Positions 49,609 through 58,899 of a DNA stretch of 64,000 bases are shown piece after piece (position 1 is the stretch's first letter; each line of letters starts with the position of its first letter). Origin of the DNA: a virus. Lineage: Duplodnaviria > Caudoviricetes. The notes beneath the pieces were generated by a model that was not told the DNA's origin, did not search any database, and saw only the letters and a list, made by a program, of their open reading frames with translations. The stretch lies in the IMG/VR virus record IMGVR_UViG_3300017917_003016, positions 1-64,000 of that record; one strand, 5' to 3'. Both the position numbers and the translations under genes were made by a program.

Positions 49609-50187
49609 ATGAGCGTATTTCAACGCCTCAAAACGATACTGACCTGGACAAATATGTCCTTAGTATTTGGAGTAAGCCTGCTGATGTTCAGCAGTAGTGC
49701 AGTACCACAGATGCAAACAAATTTTGTTTTCGATAGATTCCAGCAGTCTTATAAACAAAAATATGATGCCGCAAGACAGCGCCAATTGGTATGCCTGGCT
49801 CGTAACGTCTACTATGAAGCCGGCAACGAACCATTCAAAGGGCAACTGGCAGTGGCTCAGGTCACAGTCAATCGAGCACACAGCGGACAATTTCCTAGAG
49901 ACCTGTGCGATGTAATAAGTCAATCATCTCGCAGAGGTCAAACACGTGTTTGCCAGTTCAGTTGGTATTGCGACAAGACTAAGAATAAAAATTTAAGAAT
50001 CAGTGAATCTCATCCAAGTTATATTGCTGCTAAAAAGGTTTATCTTGAGGGCGAAAGGCTTCCAAAACTGGGACACAGTACCTATTACTTTCATAATCTT
50101 ACGGTAACGGTATCTCAAAGTTATCCCTATAAGATTATAGCAAAAATTGGCAATCATATTTTTTATAGGCGAGAAAAACAATCTTGA
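49609..50187 (+). CDS. Cell wall hydrolase, SleB/Hydrolase_2 family
   Basis: CLARNVYYEAGNE...AVAQVTVNR...CQFSW...YYFH...IGNHIFY; N-terminal hydrophobic segment. Confidence 0.88.
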   Translation: MSVFQRLKTILTWTNMSLVFGVSLLMFSSSAVPQMQTNFVFDRFQQSYKQKYDAARQRQLVCLARNVYYEAGNEPFKGQLAVAQVTVNRAHSGQFPRDLCDVISQSSRRGQTRVCQFSWYCDKTKNKNLRISESHPSYIAAKKVYLEGERLPKLGHSTYYFHNLTVTVSQSYPYKIIAKIGNHIFYRREKQS

Positions 50188-50627
50188 ACAAGGCTTTGGT
50201 TTTTCTAAGGGAACGCATACGCCAGGATGAAGTAATTGCTGAATTAAATCCTTGTCTGGTAGTAAAATCAAATAAACCTACTTTTCAACTGCGATTGGCC
50301 GAAGCGGGGTTAATCCTTGATGAAAAAATTGCTGAAGGTCTTAGATTAGATGTGATTTGTGTAGTAAATGAGAATAATTTAAGAATTTATGATCTTGAAA
50401 AATTTTCAAAAGATGATTACCTTGAAAGATTTTACTATACAACTGATCAACTACATTCTAGTTCCTTTTTCTGTAAGCCTGGTGCATTTAGTACGATCAG
50501 CAGTCTTTATAAGATAAATTTTGATAACTATAACTTCAAAAATACTGGCCACGATACCATAGAACTACTTACTGAACAAATTTTCTTTTTGGTTAATCGT
50601 TTGGGATTTGAGGTAAAAATTGGATAA
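50184..50627 (+). CDS. Hypothetical protein
   Basis: 147 aa, TTG start overlapping the previous stop. Confidence 0.5.
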   Translation: MNKALVFLRERIRQDEVIAELNPCLVVKSNKPTFQLRLAEAGLILDEKIAEGLRLDVICVVNENNLRIYDLEKFSKDDYLERFYYTTDQLHSSSFFCKPGAFSTISSLYKINFDNYNFKNTGHDTIELLTEQIFFLVNRLGFEVKIG

Positions 50628-51438
50628 GATATCCAGAGCAGCAGTTTTAGTCGCTGGAGATTTTAGAACTTGGCCCAGAGCCAGCCAATATATCTTTGAC
50701 TATGTTGACGATATCTGTCAACAGGCTGATTATTATTTTGCCACGTGGAGTACTACTAGAGACTATTGGTATCCTCAGATGCATTCAGAAAAAACTCAAA
50801 GAAACGTAACTGATCATGATATCAAAACAAAATTTATTGAAAATAATAAAACACTGATAAATTTTGTTATTGTCACTGATAGACCGGCTGTATTCTATGG
50901 AACTAACTATCTTCAAAGTTATCTAGCCAATCGTGCCAACTTGCTCAAAAGACGTTATGAATTGGACAATGGTTTTGTTTATGACCAAGTATTAGAAATT
51001 CGTCCAGACCTTTATATCTACGATAGCAATAAAGAAAATATAACTAATCTAAAAGATTTTGAATTGCTAATGGATGTTACTCGCGACGTGCTAGTTCCGG
51101 GCTCTCAACTTTTTCCTGAAGCAATAGATTTTTATTATCGAACCAATAGCCTTACCAGTGACATAATGTGTAACAGATTTTTTTATCAAAAATCTTTGCA
51201 TGTTGAATTCTATCGAACACAGTATGATCATTGGCCCTTGCCTATACACAATCACACAATCCTAGCCGACTATGTTTTAGTTAGAAGATTGCATTCGATA
51301 GCCAATCAAGATAGTTTCCAACAAATAGTAATTAGACCCAATTTTCCCCCGGGAGATTTGCGAACTATTCCATATGAAGAATTATGGGAATTACAACGTC
51401 AATTTTTAGATTACACCAGAAGTTTACCAAGAGAATAA
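50620..51438 (+). CDS. Putative glycosyltransferase-like protein
   Basis: AVLVAGDFRTW...YFATW...YDQVLEIRPDL pattern. Confidence 0.45.
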   Translation: MDKISRAAVLVAGDFRTWPRASQYIFDYVDDICQQADYYFATWSTTRDYWYPQMHSEKTQRNVTDHDIKTKFIENNKTLINFVIVTDRPAVFYGTNYLQSYLANRANLLKRRYELDNGFVYDQVLEIRPDLYIYDSNKENITNLKDFELLMDVTRDVLVPGSQLFPEAIDFYYRTNSLTSDIMCNRFFYQKSLHVEFYRTQYDHWPLPIHNHTILADYVLVRRLHSIANQDSFQQIVIRPNFPPGDLRTIPYEELWELQRQFLDYTRSLPRE

Positions 51439-51444
51439 TTAGCC

Positions 51445-51475
51445 ATTGACCTAGGTCAATAAATACGCATATAAT
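51445..51475 (+). promoter_or_regulatory. Sigma70 promoter with a 16-bp palindrome over -35 and a nested late promoter
   Basis: ATTGACCTAGGTCAAT 51445-51460; AATAAATA 51458-51465; TATAAT 51470-51475. Confidence 0.65.
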
Positions 51476-51497
51476 GATATTCAACTAGAGGTCAAAT

Positions 51498-51971
51498 ATG
51501 TCCGTAGAATTTCTAACACTTGACAACTGTCATGTAGTGCACAAGCCCTGGGGGCAGGAAACTTGGCTACAAGGTGGCAGTTCCCTATACCCATTTGCAC
51601 TCAAAGAACTAATACTTCGTGAAGGTTTTGTGACTAGTCTGCAGGTTCATCAGTTTAAATCAGAAACCATACACCTGCATCAAGGTCACGGAGCATTAAT
51701 TTATCATCCAACTCCGTTTGACTGCGAAAAATATCTCCAAGGTGGATATTCTCCACAGGATATTCAACAGATCAAAAATGAATTGATAACACAACCACTG
51801 GGACCGGGTGCAGTATTTCACACACCCCCGGGCACTATACATCGTATGGTAGCCTATACAGACCTACACTATACTGAAGCCAGCACCACACAACTAGACG
51901 ATGTTATACGTCTGGAAGATTCACACAATCGAGGACATGGAAGGATAGACTCAGAACATGAGCAACGCTAA
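51498..51971 (+). CDS. Cupin-domain sugar isomerase-like protein (PMI type II C-terminal like)
   Basis: VHKPWGQE; TSLQVHQFKSET; HTPPGTIHRM; EAST..LDDVIRLED. Confidence 0.8.
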   Translation: MSVEFLTLDNCHVVHKPWGQETWLQGGSSLYPFALKELILREGFVTSLQVHQFKSETIHLHQGHGALIYHPTPFDCEKYLQGGYSPQDIQQIKNELITQPLGPGAVFHTPPGTIHRMVAYTDLHYTEASTTQLDDVIRLEDSHNRGHGRIDSEHEQR

Positions 51972-53550
51972 ACTCACTGTATTAATTCTAGCAGCAGGAT
52001 ATGGCCGCCGTATGGGGCCATTTAGTCGCATGATTCCCAAAGCACTTATACCATATAATAATAAACCTTTGATAAGTCATATCATTGAAAAATTTAATGT
52101 GCACACAAGATTTGTCATAGCCTGCGGACATTTAGGACACATGATCAAAGATTATGTAAATGCAGTTCACGGCGACAAAGACATAGTGTTTGTGGATGTG
52201 CCTAATTATGCAGAAGGTGACACTGGCCCCGCTACCAGTATACAGGCCTGTGCCAAGTACATACGAGGTGGATTCATGTGGTTGGCCTGTGACACTCTTT
52301 TTGATTTTGACTATCATAACAAACTGGATCATAATTGGATTGCCGTGCACCCGGTAGACTCAACGTTGGCACAAGACTACTGCTGGGTAGAGCGAGAGTC
52401 TGATCAGATCATAAATGTCTACAATAAGAAGCCCAGTCGTGATGCTGTGGACGCCTTTGTTGGTCTAATGTATGCTAAGGACGACGAATATCTTGACAAT
52501 CTCATTGCTCGCAAGGCCAAGGAAACCTATGAAGGGTTTAGTGGTCTAACCCTCAAAGCGCATACCATACGCACCTGGAAGGACTTTGGTACCTATGAAA
52601 AATGGGAAGATCTCAATTCAGAATTCACCGATGTTAGTTTCCCTAAACCAGATGAACTATTTTATACAGACAATGGCAAGGTAGTTAAATTTTGGACCAA
52701 TCCCAAACAAGCAGAAATGCGTGTGCGCCGAGCAGACTGTAATCCTGCTGCCATGCCTAGCAATGTTACCAGTGCAGGCAATTTTTTAGTACATGATTTT
52801 GCACAAGGAGACATTGTCTACAATCAGTACACTCCGGAAGTGTTTGCACGTATGCTTGAATGGTGTGAGAACACCCTGTGGAAGCCAGCACCAGAAACAG
52901 AAGAACAGCGGCGATTTGATATATGCCGCAAGTTCTACTACGAAAAGACCATGGAAAGAGTTGAAGCATTCCGTGTCAAGTATTCAGATTGGTCAGAGCC
53001 CTGCGCAGTCAACGGTCAGCAGGTTCTGACCATTAATCAGTATCTAGATCAAATTGATTTCCCATGGTTGTGTTCAACTAATTCGTGGAGTTTCATACAC
53101 GGCGATCTGCACTTTGACAATACCATATATGACAACGGACAGTTTGAAGGCAAAATGAAGATATATGATGCTGAATTAGTGGCTCCTTATAAATTCACTG
53201 CCATAGATTGGCGCACAGATTTTGGTGGTGAACTCTATGGTGATCTTTATTATGATCTAGCCAAGATGCTAGGAGGATTGCATCTCAGTTACAGAGACAT
53301 CAAACATGAGCAGTATGGATATCAAGAACGCGACGACAAGGTCCTGCTAGAGGTGCCCAGTGTACAGAATGTAGATGTCTACGAAAACATGCTGAAAGAA
53401 TGGGTTGAACACCGCGGACTAGAGTGGCGCAAGGTTAAGTTGCTGGTACCGATTATCTATCTTAACATGAGTCCCTTGCATGAATGGCCGTTTGACAAGT
53501 TCCTAGTGGCTCTAGCACAACTACACTTTTCTAAGGTGCTAAATGCTTAA
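51958..53550 (+). CDS. Sugar nucleotidyltransferase fused to an aminoglycoside/choline-kinase-like phosphotransferase
   Basis: N-terminal LAAGYGRRM...PKALI; C-terminal IHGDLHFDN...IDWR...YYDLAK. Confidence 0.82.
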   Translation: MSNAKLTVLILAAGYGRRMGPFSRMIPKALIPYNNKPLISHIIEKFNVHTRFVIACGHLGHMIKDYVNAVHGDKDIVFVDVPNYAEGDTGPATSIQACAKYIRGGFMWLACDTLFDFDYHNKLDHNWIAVHPVDSTLAQDYCWVERESDQIINVYNKKPSRDAVDAFVGLMYAKDDEYLDNLIARKAKETYEGFSGLTLKAHTIRTWKDFGTYEKWEDLNSEFTDVSFPKPDELFYTDNGKVVKFWTNPKQAEMRVRRADCNPAAMPSNVTSAGNFLVHDFAQGDIVYNQYTPEVFARMLEWCENTLWKPAPETEEQRRFDICRKFYYEKTMERVEAFRVKYSDWSEPCAVNGQQVLTINQYLDQIDFPWLCSTNSWSFIHGDLHFDNTIYDNGQFEGKMKIYDAELVAPYKFTAIDWRTDFGGELYGDLYYDLAKMLGGLHLSYRDIKHEQYGYQERDDKVLLEVPSVQNVDVYENMLKEWVEHRGLEWRKVKLLVPIIYLNMSPLHEWPFDKFLVALAQLHFSKVLNA

Positions 53551-54013
53551 GAGATTTATTCTAGATGTAGATGGGGTACTGAACGATGGCATGCTCTACT
53601 GGGGCGTAGATGGCAAGCCGTTCAAGGCATTTGGCAACTACGACCACGATGGTCTTAAGATCTTACGCCAGCATTTAGACATTGAATTTATCAGTGCTGA
53701 CCAACAGGGTTGGGCCATAACAGAAAGCCGCATAGTCAAACATATGAAGTTTCCCTTGACCATGGTCAAAGAAGCGGATAGGTTGAATTGGGTATTGTCC
53801 AGAGGTGACACTGCGGAAACAGTGTTCATGGGCGACGGTCCTTATGATGCAAAAATATTTCCACATGTGGCTCTGAGCATAGCACCTGCACAGGCGTGGA
53901 ATACCGCATGCTCTGCTGCAACTTATGTAACACCCCGTAAAGGAGGCCGCGGCGCTGTAATGGACGCCTGCGTTTATATTATGAATAGGATGGGAATCGA
54001 ACATGAATTTTAG
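53543..54013 (+). CDS. KdsC-like HAD phosphatase
   Basis: ILDVDGVLNDG; K.F...D.DG; FMGDGPYD; GGRGAV. Confidence 0.85.
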   Translation: MLKRFILDVDGVLNDGMLYWGVDGKPFKAFGNYDHDGLKILRQHLDIEFISADQQGWAITESRIVKHMKFPLTMVKEADRLNWVLSRGDTAETVFMGDGPYDAKIFPHVALSIAPAQAWNTACSAATYVTPRKGGRGAVMDACVYIMNRMGIEHEF

Positions 54014-54986
54014 ACTGGGATTTGGGCCTATGAGCCCTGAAGTAATACGTGCAATCTGTACATACTCGCATGATACCAAACGGCCACTGATGATCATTGC
54101 CAGCCGCAATCAAGTTGATGCTGACAGTGGTTATGTCATGACCACACCAGAACTGCGACAACTATTAGACACACTGCCAACTGACCATGTGTGGATGTGT
54201 CGCGATCACTGCGGTCCTTATTTCCTAGACAGCGAGAAGAATCTCAGTCTGCGCAAGGCCATAGAAGCAACTAAGAAAACCATAGCCTATGACATAGAAC
54301 AAGGGTTTGACCTCATACACATAGACACCAGTAGAGTTGATGATACCTATGGTGTTGCTGAAGAACTGTTTAATTTTTGCCTAAGCCTTAAGACCGACAT
54401 ACGTTTTGAGTTTGGTACCGAAGAAAACGTTGGTGTTGCTGCGGGTGCGGTCAAGTATCGTTCAGATGTGGCCTTTGCCAAGAACATTCCAAACATTGAA
54501 TTTGTAGTTGCACAGACAGGTAGTCTGTGTTTTGAAGACCGCCAGGCTGGAACCTTTGATACTGAAACAGTTCGTAGTCTAGTAAAAGAAGCAGAATTCA
54601 ACGGAGTCAAACTCAAAGAACACAATGCCGATTATCTTACACCTGACCAAGTACGTCTTCGCAAGGCCGCCGGTGTACATGCTATGAACATAGCACCGCA
54701 ATTGGGCGTGGTACAGACTAAACTACTTAAAGAACTTTGCTTGAGTCGAGTGGGGCAAGATCTTTGGGATCCCTTTGCTCAGAAAGTCCTAGCCAGCGGA
54801 CGTTGGAAGAAATGGACTAACAGTGATCAGGATGATCAAAAGGTCATAGTCGCAGGACATTACTGTTTTGGCACTGCAGAATATCGGGCAATATTAGATG
54901 GTCTGAGCCAACACGCCAATTGGGATGACGAAATTCAGCAGGCACTTTATCAGGTATTTGATACCTATACAGATAATCTAGCATGA
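54003..54986 (+). CDS. GatZ/KbaZ-like (tagatose-phosphate pathway) TIM-barrel protein
   Basis: IASRNQVDADSGY; RDHCGP; GFDLIHIDTS; EFGTEE; VAQTG; KEHNADY; NIAPQLG. Confidence 0.72.
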   Translation: MNFRLGFGPMSPEVIRAICTYSHDTKRPLMIIASRNQVDADSGYVMTTPELRQLLDTLPTDHVWMCRDHCGPYFLDSEKNLSLRKAIEATKKTIAYDIEQGFDLIHIDTSRVDDTYGVAEELFNFCLSLKTDIRFEFGTEENVGVAAGAVKYRSDVAFAKNIPNIEFVVAQTGSLCFEDRQAGTFDTETVRSLVKEAEFNGVKLKEHNADYLTPDQVRLRKAAGVHAMNIAPQLGVVQTKLLKELCLSRVGQDLWDPFAQKVLASGRWKKWTNSDQDDQKVIVAGHYCFGTAEYRAILDGLSQHANWDDEIQQALYQVFDTYTDNLA

Positions 54987-56077
54987 TTGTATTATTCAAC
55001 GTTAAGATCACTGACGTGCGCATGGGTTATCCCTATCGCCGCGGCGAGTGGATGCCCGATCCAGAGAGATTTGATGTATTTCGTTACTGTTTAGCCAGTA
55101 CCGCAGAATTAGGGCCCCTGACCAGTCGTTTTGTATTTTGTATAACACTTGCACCTGAACTAGCACATAGGCAAAGTGAACTAGATGCTTATATGCGTGA
55201 TCTATTTCCTAGGGAAAAATTAGAAATTATTTGGCAACGCTGTGATTATGGGCGTGATTGGCGCAGGATTTGTGACCAATACCTCACCGATCCTAACGAA
55301 CTAGTTTGGCTAGCCTGCAACGATGATCATATCTTTTTAGACAGCGACCTAGACACAGTTAAGAGTGCAATCAAACATTTGAATCTAGATTCAGATCCCA
55401 ATGCGGTGTTTTACTACAGCCATTGGCCAGAACAAATGCGCATGGCCAATCATTATCATGCGGAATTAACCCAAGATGGTTTACTGGTAAAATATCCCTG
55501 GGAAACCTTTGATGGCATAATGATACTCAAAGCAGGTCGTTTGTCCGGGTATTTTGACCGTGACTATGGCAATGCTGCCATGTTCAAAGTTGATTATCTT
55601 GGTGCATATCATAATTATCAAGCACCTGGTCCTGTGTATGCTCCAACTAAAGAGATAGTTCGTCACTATGAGGGTTATAGTCATGTTAATCACGAAATGC
55701 CACAGCACCTAGCCAATGTAGTTCCTCCCCTGTTTATTCCTCCTGGATTTTTTGAAAATAACATGCAGGTTCGTGTAGGTTATCATGAACGAGATAACAA
55801 CTCTACAAACTTTAATCCTGCAGCAGAGTGGCTATACAATACCAATCCTGCAGGCACAGACTATCGTTGGCATGTCAAGGACATACCTCTGTTTTGGCAG
55901 AAGCACATAAGACAAATTGATCATGCTGATGATTATGATGATATTCTTATGAAACGGGCTAGGGATGCTGCTTTTCTTGCCGCAGCACGTGTACCGATGA
56001 AGTGCTTTGGCATAGACTTTAACCACACATCTGTGCCCCCCAACAGTTGGTTTCAAAAACACCTGTTGTATCGCTAG
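54983..56077 (+). CDS. Putative GT-A-fold glycosyltransferase
   Basis: WLACNDDHIFLD (DDH/DxD-like); ends the sugar module. Confidence 0.45.
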   Translation: MIVLFNVKITDVRMGYPYRRGEWMPDPERFDVFRYCLASTAELGPLTSRFVFCITLAPELAHRQSELDAYMRDLFPREKLEIIWQRCDYGRDWRRICDQYLTDPNELVWLACNDDHIFLDSDLDTVKSAIKHLNLDSDPNAVFYYSHWPEQMRMANHYHAELTQDGLLVKYPWETFDGIMILKAGRLSGYFDRDYGNAAMFKVDYLGAYHNYQAPGPVYAPTKEIVRHYEGYSHVNHEMPQHLANVVPPLFIPPGFFENNMQVRVGYHERDNNSTNFNPAAEWLYNTNPAGTDYRWHVKDIPLFWQKHIRQIDHADDYDDILMKRARDAAFLAAARVPMKCFGIDFNHTSVPPNSWFQKHLLYR

Positions 56078-56141
56078 ATTTTGGTTGACCTTTTGGTCCT
56101 GTGAACATATAATAGCAGCATAACGTAACAACACAGGAGCA
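56075..56141 (+). promoter_or_regulatory. Early promoter-leader-RBS cassette P1
   Basis: GG-TTGACC(56085)-N17-TATAAT(56108)-AGCAGCATAACGTAACAACACAGGAGC. Confidence 0.9.
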
Positions 56142-56145
56142 TACA

Positions 56146-56535
56146 ATGGCATACTTTAGTCAAGAACGCAAGGCTCAAATCGCCCCCAAGGTCAAGAGTA
56201 TCCTGAAGAAGTACGGCCTTAAGGGTAGCCTTAGTGTGCGCAATCACAGCACTGTGGTCTTGACCATCAACAGCGGCAAGATTGACTTTATCGGTAACAA
56301 CCAAGAGACCATGGGTCGCACCTGGGCCCAGCGCCGCACCAATCTTGATGTCAACATTTATCACTATCGTAATCACTTTGACGGTGTTGCACGTGACGCA
56401 CTCGCTGAACTGATTACTGCTCTCAACGACGGCAACTGGGACAACAGCGACATCCAGACCGACTACTTTGACAAGGGTTGGTACGTTAACGTCAATGTTG
56501 GTCGTTGGAACAAGGGTTATATTGTCACTGCCTAA
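56146..56535 (+). CDS. Early hypothetical protein
   Basis: 129 aa directly after P1; DYFDKGWYVNVNVGRWNKGY. Confidence 0.8.
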   Translation: MAYFSQERKAQIAPKVKSILKKYGLKGSLSVRNHSTVVLTINSGKIDFIGNNQETMGRTWAQRRTNLDVNIYHYRNHFDGVARDALAELITALNDGNWDNSDIQTDYFDKGWYVNVNVGRWNKGYIVTA

Positions 56536-56545
56536 GGAGGCTAAG

Positions 56546-56692
56546 ATGTTTGATCTTATCGATGACACGGCTGCACTCCACGCTCAATGGGAACTTGAGT
56601 ATCAAGAATGGCTAGGTAGCGAAGCCTGGGTTGAAGTTGTTAACCAGTGGCTTTGTGAATTGGCTAACGAAATGCTCAATGAGGAGGCCTAA
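56546..56692 (+). CDS. Small acidic early protein
   Basis: MFDLIDDTAALHAQWE...; AAGGAGG RBS. Confidence 0.65.
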   Translation: MFDLIDDTAALHAQWELEYQEWLGSEAWVEVVNQWLCELANEMLNEEA

Positions 56693-56859
56693 TGGAAAGC
56701 GTTCAAATGAATGAAATTCTGCAGCGCATGGCTCGTGAACGTAATTGTACGGTTTATCAGGTCATTCAAGAGTATTTGAAATACCAATTAAACGGGCAAG
56801 TCAAACACTTTTGGCCTGACCAAAACGAGGCCTGTAGGTCCTATTTGGAGAACAACTGA
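56692..56859 (+). CDS. Small early protein (55 aa)
   Basis: MESVQMNEILQRMARERNC...; GAGGAGG RBS; TAATG coupling; not in the ORF track. Confidence 0.6.
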   Translation: MESVQMNEILQRMARERNCTVYQVIQEYLKYQLNGQVKHFWPDQNEACRSYLENN

Positions 56860-56927
56860 TGAGTCTTATTGGACTTATTGTAATGCTGCTGGTACTTGGT
56901 ATTCTTATTGGAAGGTACATTAGGTGA
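56859..56927 (+). CDS. Tiny membrane peptide (22 aa)
   Basis: MSLIGLIVMLLVLGILIGRYIR; TGATG and GTGA overlaps with both neighbours. Confidence 0.5.
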   Translation: MSLIGLIVMLLVLGILIGRYIR

Positions 56928-57151
56928 CTGCAGAATCTGAGCGTTTTTGTCAACTAATTGATGAATTGAGGCGGGCCTATGTTGCCTCAGATTCTGCAGA
57001 AAGTTCATATGCAAGGCTAGTTGGTGCTCTGGGTGCTATGATACCTTGGTATGTAGACGCTGAAAATCTAGCCAAACTCAACAATGCTCTAGAACAAGCA
57101 GTTAAAAACGAAACTATGAAAATTCTTGGTAAGGAAAATATCCATGCTTGA
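56924..57151 (+). CDS. Early hypothetical protein
   Basis: 75 aa, GTG start coupled to the previous stop. Confidence 0.6.
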   Translation: MTAESERFCQLIDELRRAYVASDSAESSYARLVGALGAMIPWYVDAENLAKLNNALEQAVKNETMKILGKENIHA

Positions 57152-57533
57152 TCAAGAAAACGAGAAGTTCAACGAAGTTGTGTTTGATGGCATCCGTTTT
57201 CTAGAGAGCCTGACTCGTTATTACGGTGCTGAGCGTGGCATGGAAGTCTGGGAACAGTTGGGTGAAGTTGTAGGCAAGGACGTGCAGGGCCAGGTGTTCT
57301 TTGCCATGCTCACGGGCGATACCAGTAACCGTGTGAGAATCAGCCGCGGCACCTGTAAAGAAGCAGTGACCGCTATCAAGGCCATTCGTCAGGCCACTGG
57401 CATGAGTCTCAAAGAAGCCAAGGATGCCTGGGATCTCACTGCAGTCAAGACCGTGACTCTTGACAATGTTCAGCGCGATGCCAAACAGGAGTTTCTTCGC
57501 GATCTTCGCAGTATTGGTGTGAGGGTTCACTAA
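57144..57533 (+). CDS. Protein with a ribosomal L7/L12 C-terminal-like domain
   Basis: AVTAIKAIRQATGMSLKEAKDAWD matches the L7/L12 CTD motif (VIKAVRxxTGLGLKEAKDLVE). Confidence 0.7.
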   Translation: MLDQENEKFNEVVFDGIRFLESLTRYYGAERGMEVWEQLGEVVGKDVQGQVFFAMLTGDTSNRVRISRGTCKEAVTAIKAIRQATGMSLKEAKDAWDLTAVKTVTLDNVQRDAKQEFLRDLRSIGVRVH

Positions 57534-57534
57534 C

Positions 57535-57999
57535 ATGGCAGAAATTTTTTACCGTAAGGTCGGCCGCCGCTATGTCCCAGTCAGTGAATATGACAACTCT
57601 GTCATGGACAGTTTTCCCTACGGATCTCATCTTGTGGTGGTAAAGCGAGGATCAACTAGCCGCCGCCACAACATTGATCCTGCACACGCACCTATGATCG
57701 CTGCTGGTCTTATTGCTGAAGATGCAGTGAGAGAAGCATTGGTCAAAGCCGGCGAAATTCGCCTGCAACGCCGTGACCGTGAACGTCAACTTACACCCGG
57801 ACAAAAGCAGGCCTGGGATAATCTAGTCAAAGAATTTGGTGACAGTGCCAAACAACTGGAATGGCCCAGCACTGCAGAAGTTGCTGAAGAAGGAGTTAAA
57901 GCCATGCAGCGAGAAGCAGATCAACTGCTGCAGAACCCCTCAGTACGTGCAGCCTATGATCATTTTTTGACAGTCTGCGAACTGTGCCGCGAGCATTAA
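57535..57999 (+). CDS. Early hypothetical protein
   Basis: 154 aa; IFYRKVGRRYVPVSEYD. Confidence 0.7.
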   Translation: MAEIFYRKVGRRYVPVSEYDNSVMDSFPYGSHLVVVKRGSTSRRHNIDPAHAPMIAAGLIAEDAVREALVKAGEIRLQRRDRERQLTPGQKQAWDNLVKEFGDSAKQLEWPSTAEVAEEGVKAMQREADQLLQNPSVRAAYDHFLTVCELCREH

Positions 58000-58003
58000 A
58001 ATT

Positions 58004-58060
58004 GGTTGACCTTGCCTGCAGATCACTGTATAATGCTTGCATACGCTAACAAAGCAGGAG
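58004..58060 (+). promoter_or_regulatory. Early promoter P2
   Basis: GG-TTGACC(58006)-N17-TATAAT(58029); CAGGAG RBS. Confidence 0.88.
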
Positions 58061-58068
58061 TAGACAAC

Positions 58069-58416
58069 ATGGCTTACATCGTTTTCCATTTTGAAACTCG
58101 CCAAATCATCAAGCATTATGCTTCGCGCAAGGGTGCACTGGTTGGTCTCCGTGCTGCTAATCGCAATGCTGGCTATCCGCAGCGTTGGACTCTGTGCAAC
58201 TACGATGTTGATCACGGTGCTCTGCGTGAGTGGTGCGAGACTGCCGATGGCTCCAACGGCTATGCTCCTTATGCTGCTATCGAATCCAACCTGTTTGATC
58301 AACACTATCGTCGCAACATCACGGTGACCAATCTTATGACGGGCAAGCCTGTGGAAATTGACAGCAACACCCCGTGGAGTTGCCGCCCGGACAGCGAAGC
58401 CTACTGGAGTAACTAA
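58069..58416 (+). CDS. Early hypothetical protein
   Basis: MAYIVFHFETRQ...; C-terminal NTPWSCRPDSEAYWS; start placed after the P2 RBS. Confidence 0.75.
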   Translation: MAYIVFHFETRQIIKHYASRKGALVGLRAANRNAGYPQRWTLCNYDVDHGALREWCETADGSNGYAPYAAIESNLFDQHYRRNITVTNLMTGKPVEIDSNTPWSCRPDSEAYWSN

Positions 58417-58431
58417 TTTAATGAGCCAAAC

Positions 58432-58707
58432 ATGATTAACATTCAATTTAACATTCACAATCCACTAGTTCATCGATTTGTGCCCGTTAAGATATGGCAA
58501 GGTCCAACTCCTATTGAACACAAATTTTGGGAGTTGGAAATCTACAAGAGTTCGGATATTGTTGATGCGTTCTTTCGTTTCGACTGTTGTCAAAGCCATG
58601 CTGGGCTGCATCTAGGTCTAGCACTGCTGGGATACAACATTGAATTTCAAATCTATGACCATCGTCATTGGGACTATGAAGAAGAAGATTGGTATTATAA
58701 TGAATAA
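58432..58707 (+). CDS. Hypothetical protein
   Basis: 91 aa; SHAGLHLGLALLGY...IYDHRHWDY. Confidence 0.65.
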   Translation: MINIQFNIHNPLVHRFVPVKIWQGPTPIEHKFWELEIYKSSDIVDAFFRFDCCQSHAGLHLGLALLGYNIEFQIYDHRHWDYEEEDWYYNE

Positions 58708-58717
58708 GGAACTGATT

Positions 58718-58852
58718 ATGAAAACTATTGCACTGGTAATTGCTGTACTGTCGCTGATTTCTTTGGCATTTAACTACTCTGATCCTGCAGCAGCCGCAGG
58801 TTGGGCTGTGGCCTTTGCTGGTTGGATCTTCCACGCACTGGCCAAAGAATAA
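58718..58852 (+). CDS. Small two-TM membrane protein
   Basis: MKTIALVIAVLSLISLAF...AAGWAVAFAGWIF; AAGGA RBS. Confidence 0.55.
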   Translation: MKTIALVIAVLSLISLAFNYSDPAAAAGWAVAFAGWIFHALAKE

Positions 58853-58899
58853 AATGAAATTTATGCTGCAACTGGGACTCTGCGGAATCTAAAGACCGT

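Noticed and set aside
53543-54013. Complete Kdo biosynthesis pathway
   Set aside because: Only a KdsC-like HAD is present; no KdsA, KdsB or KdsD recognised
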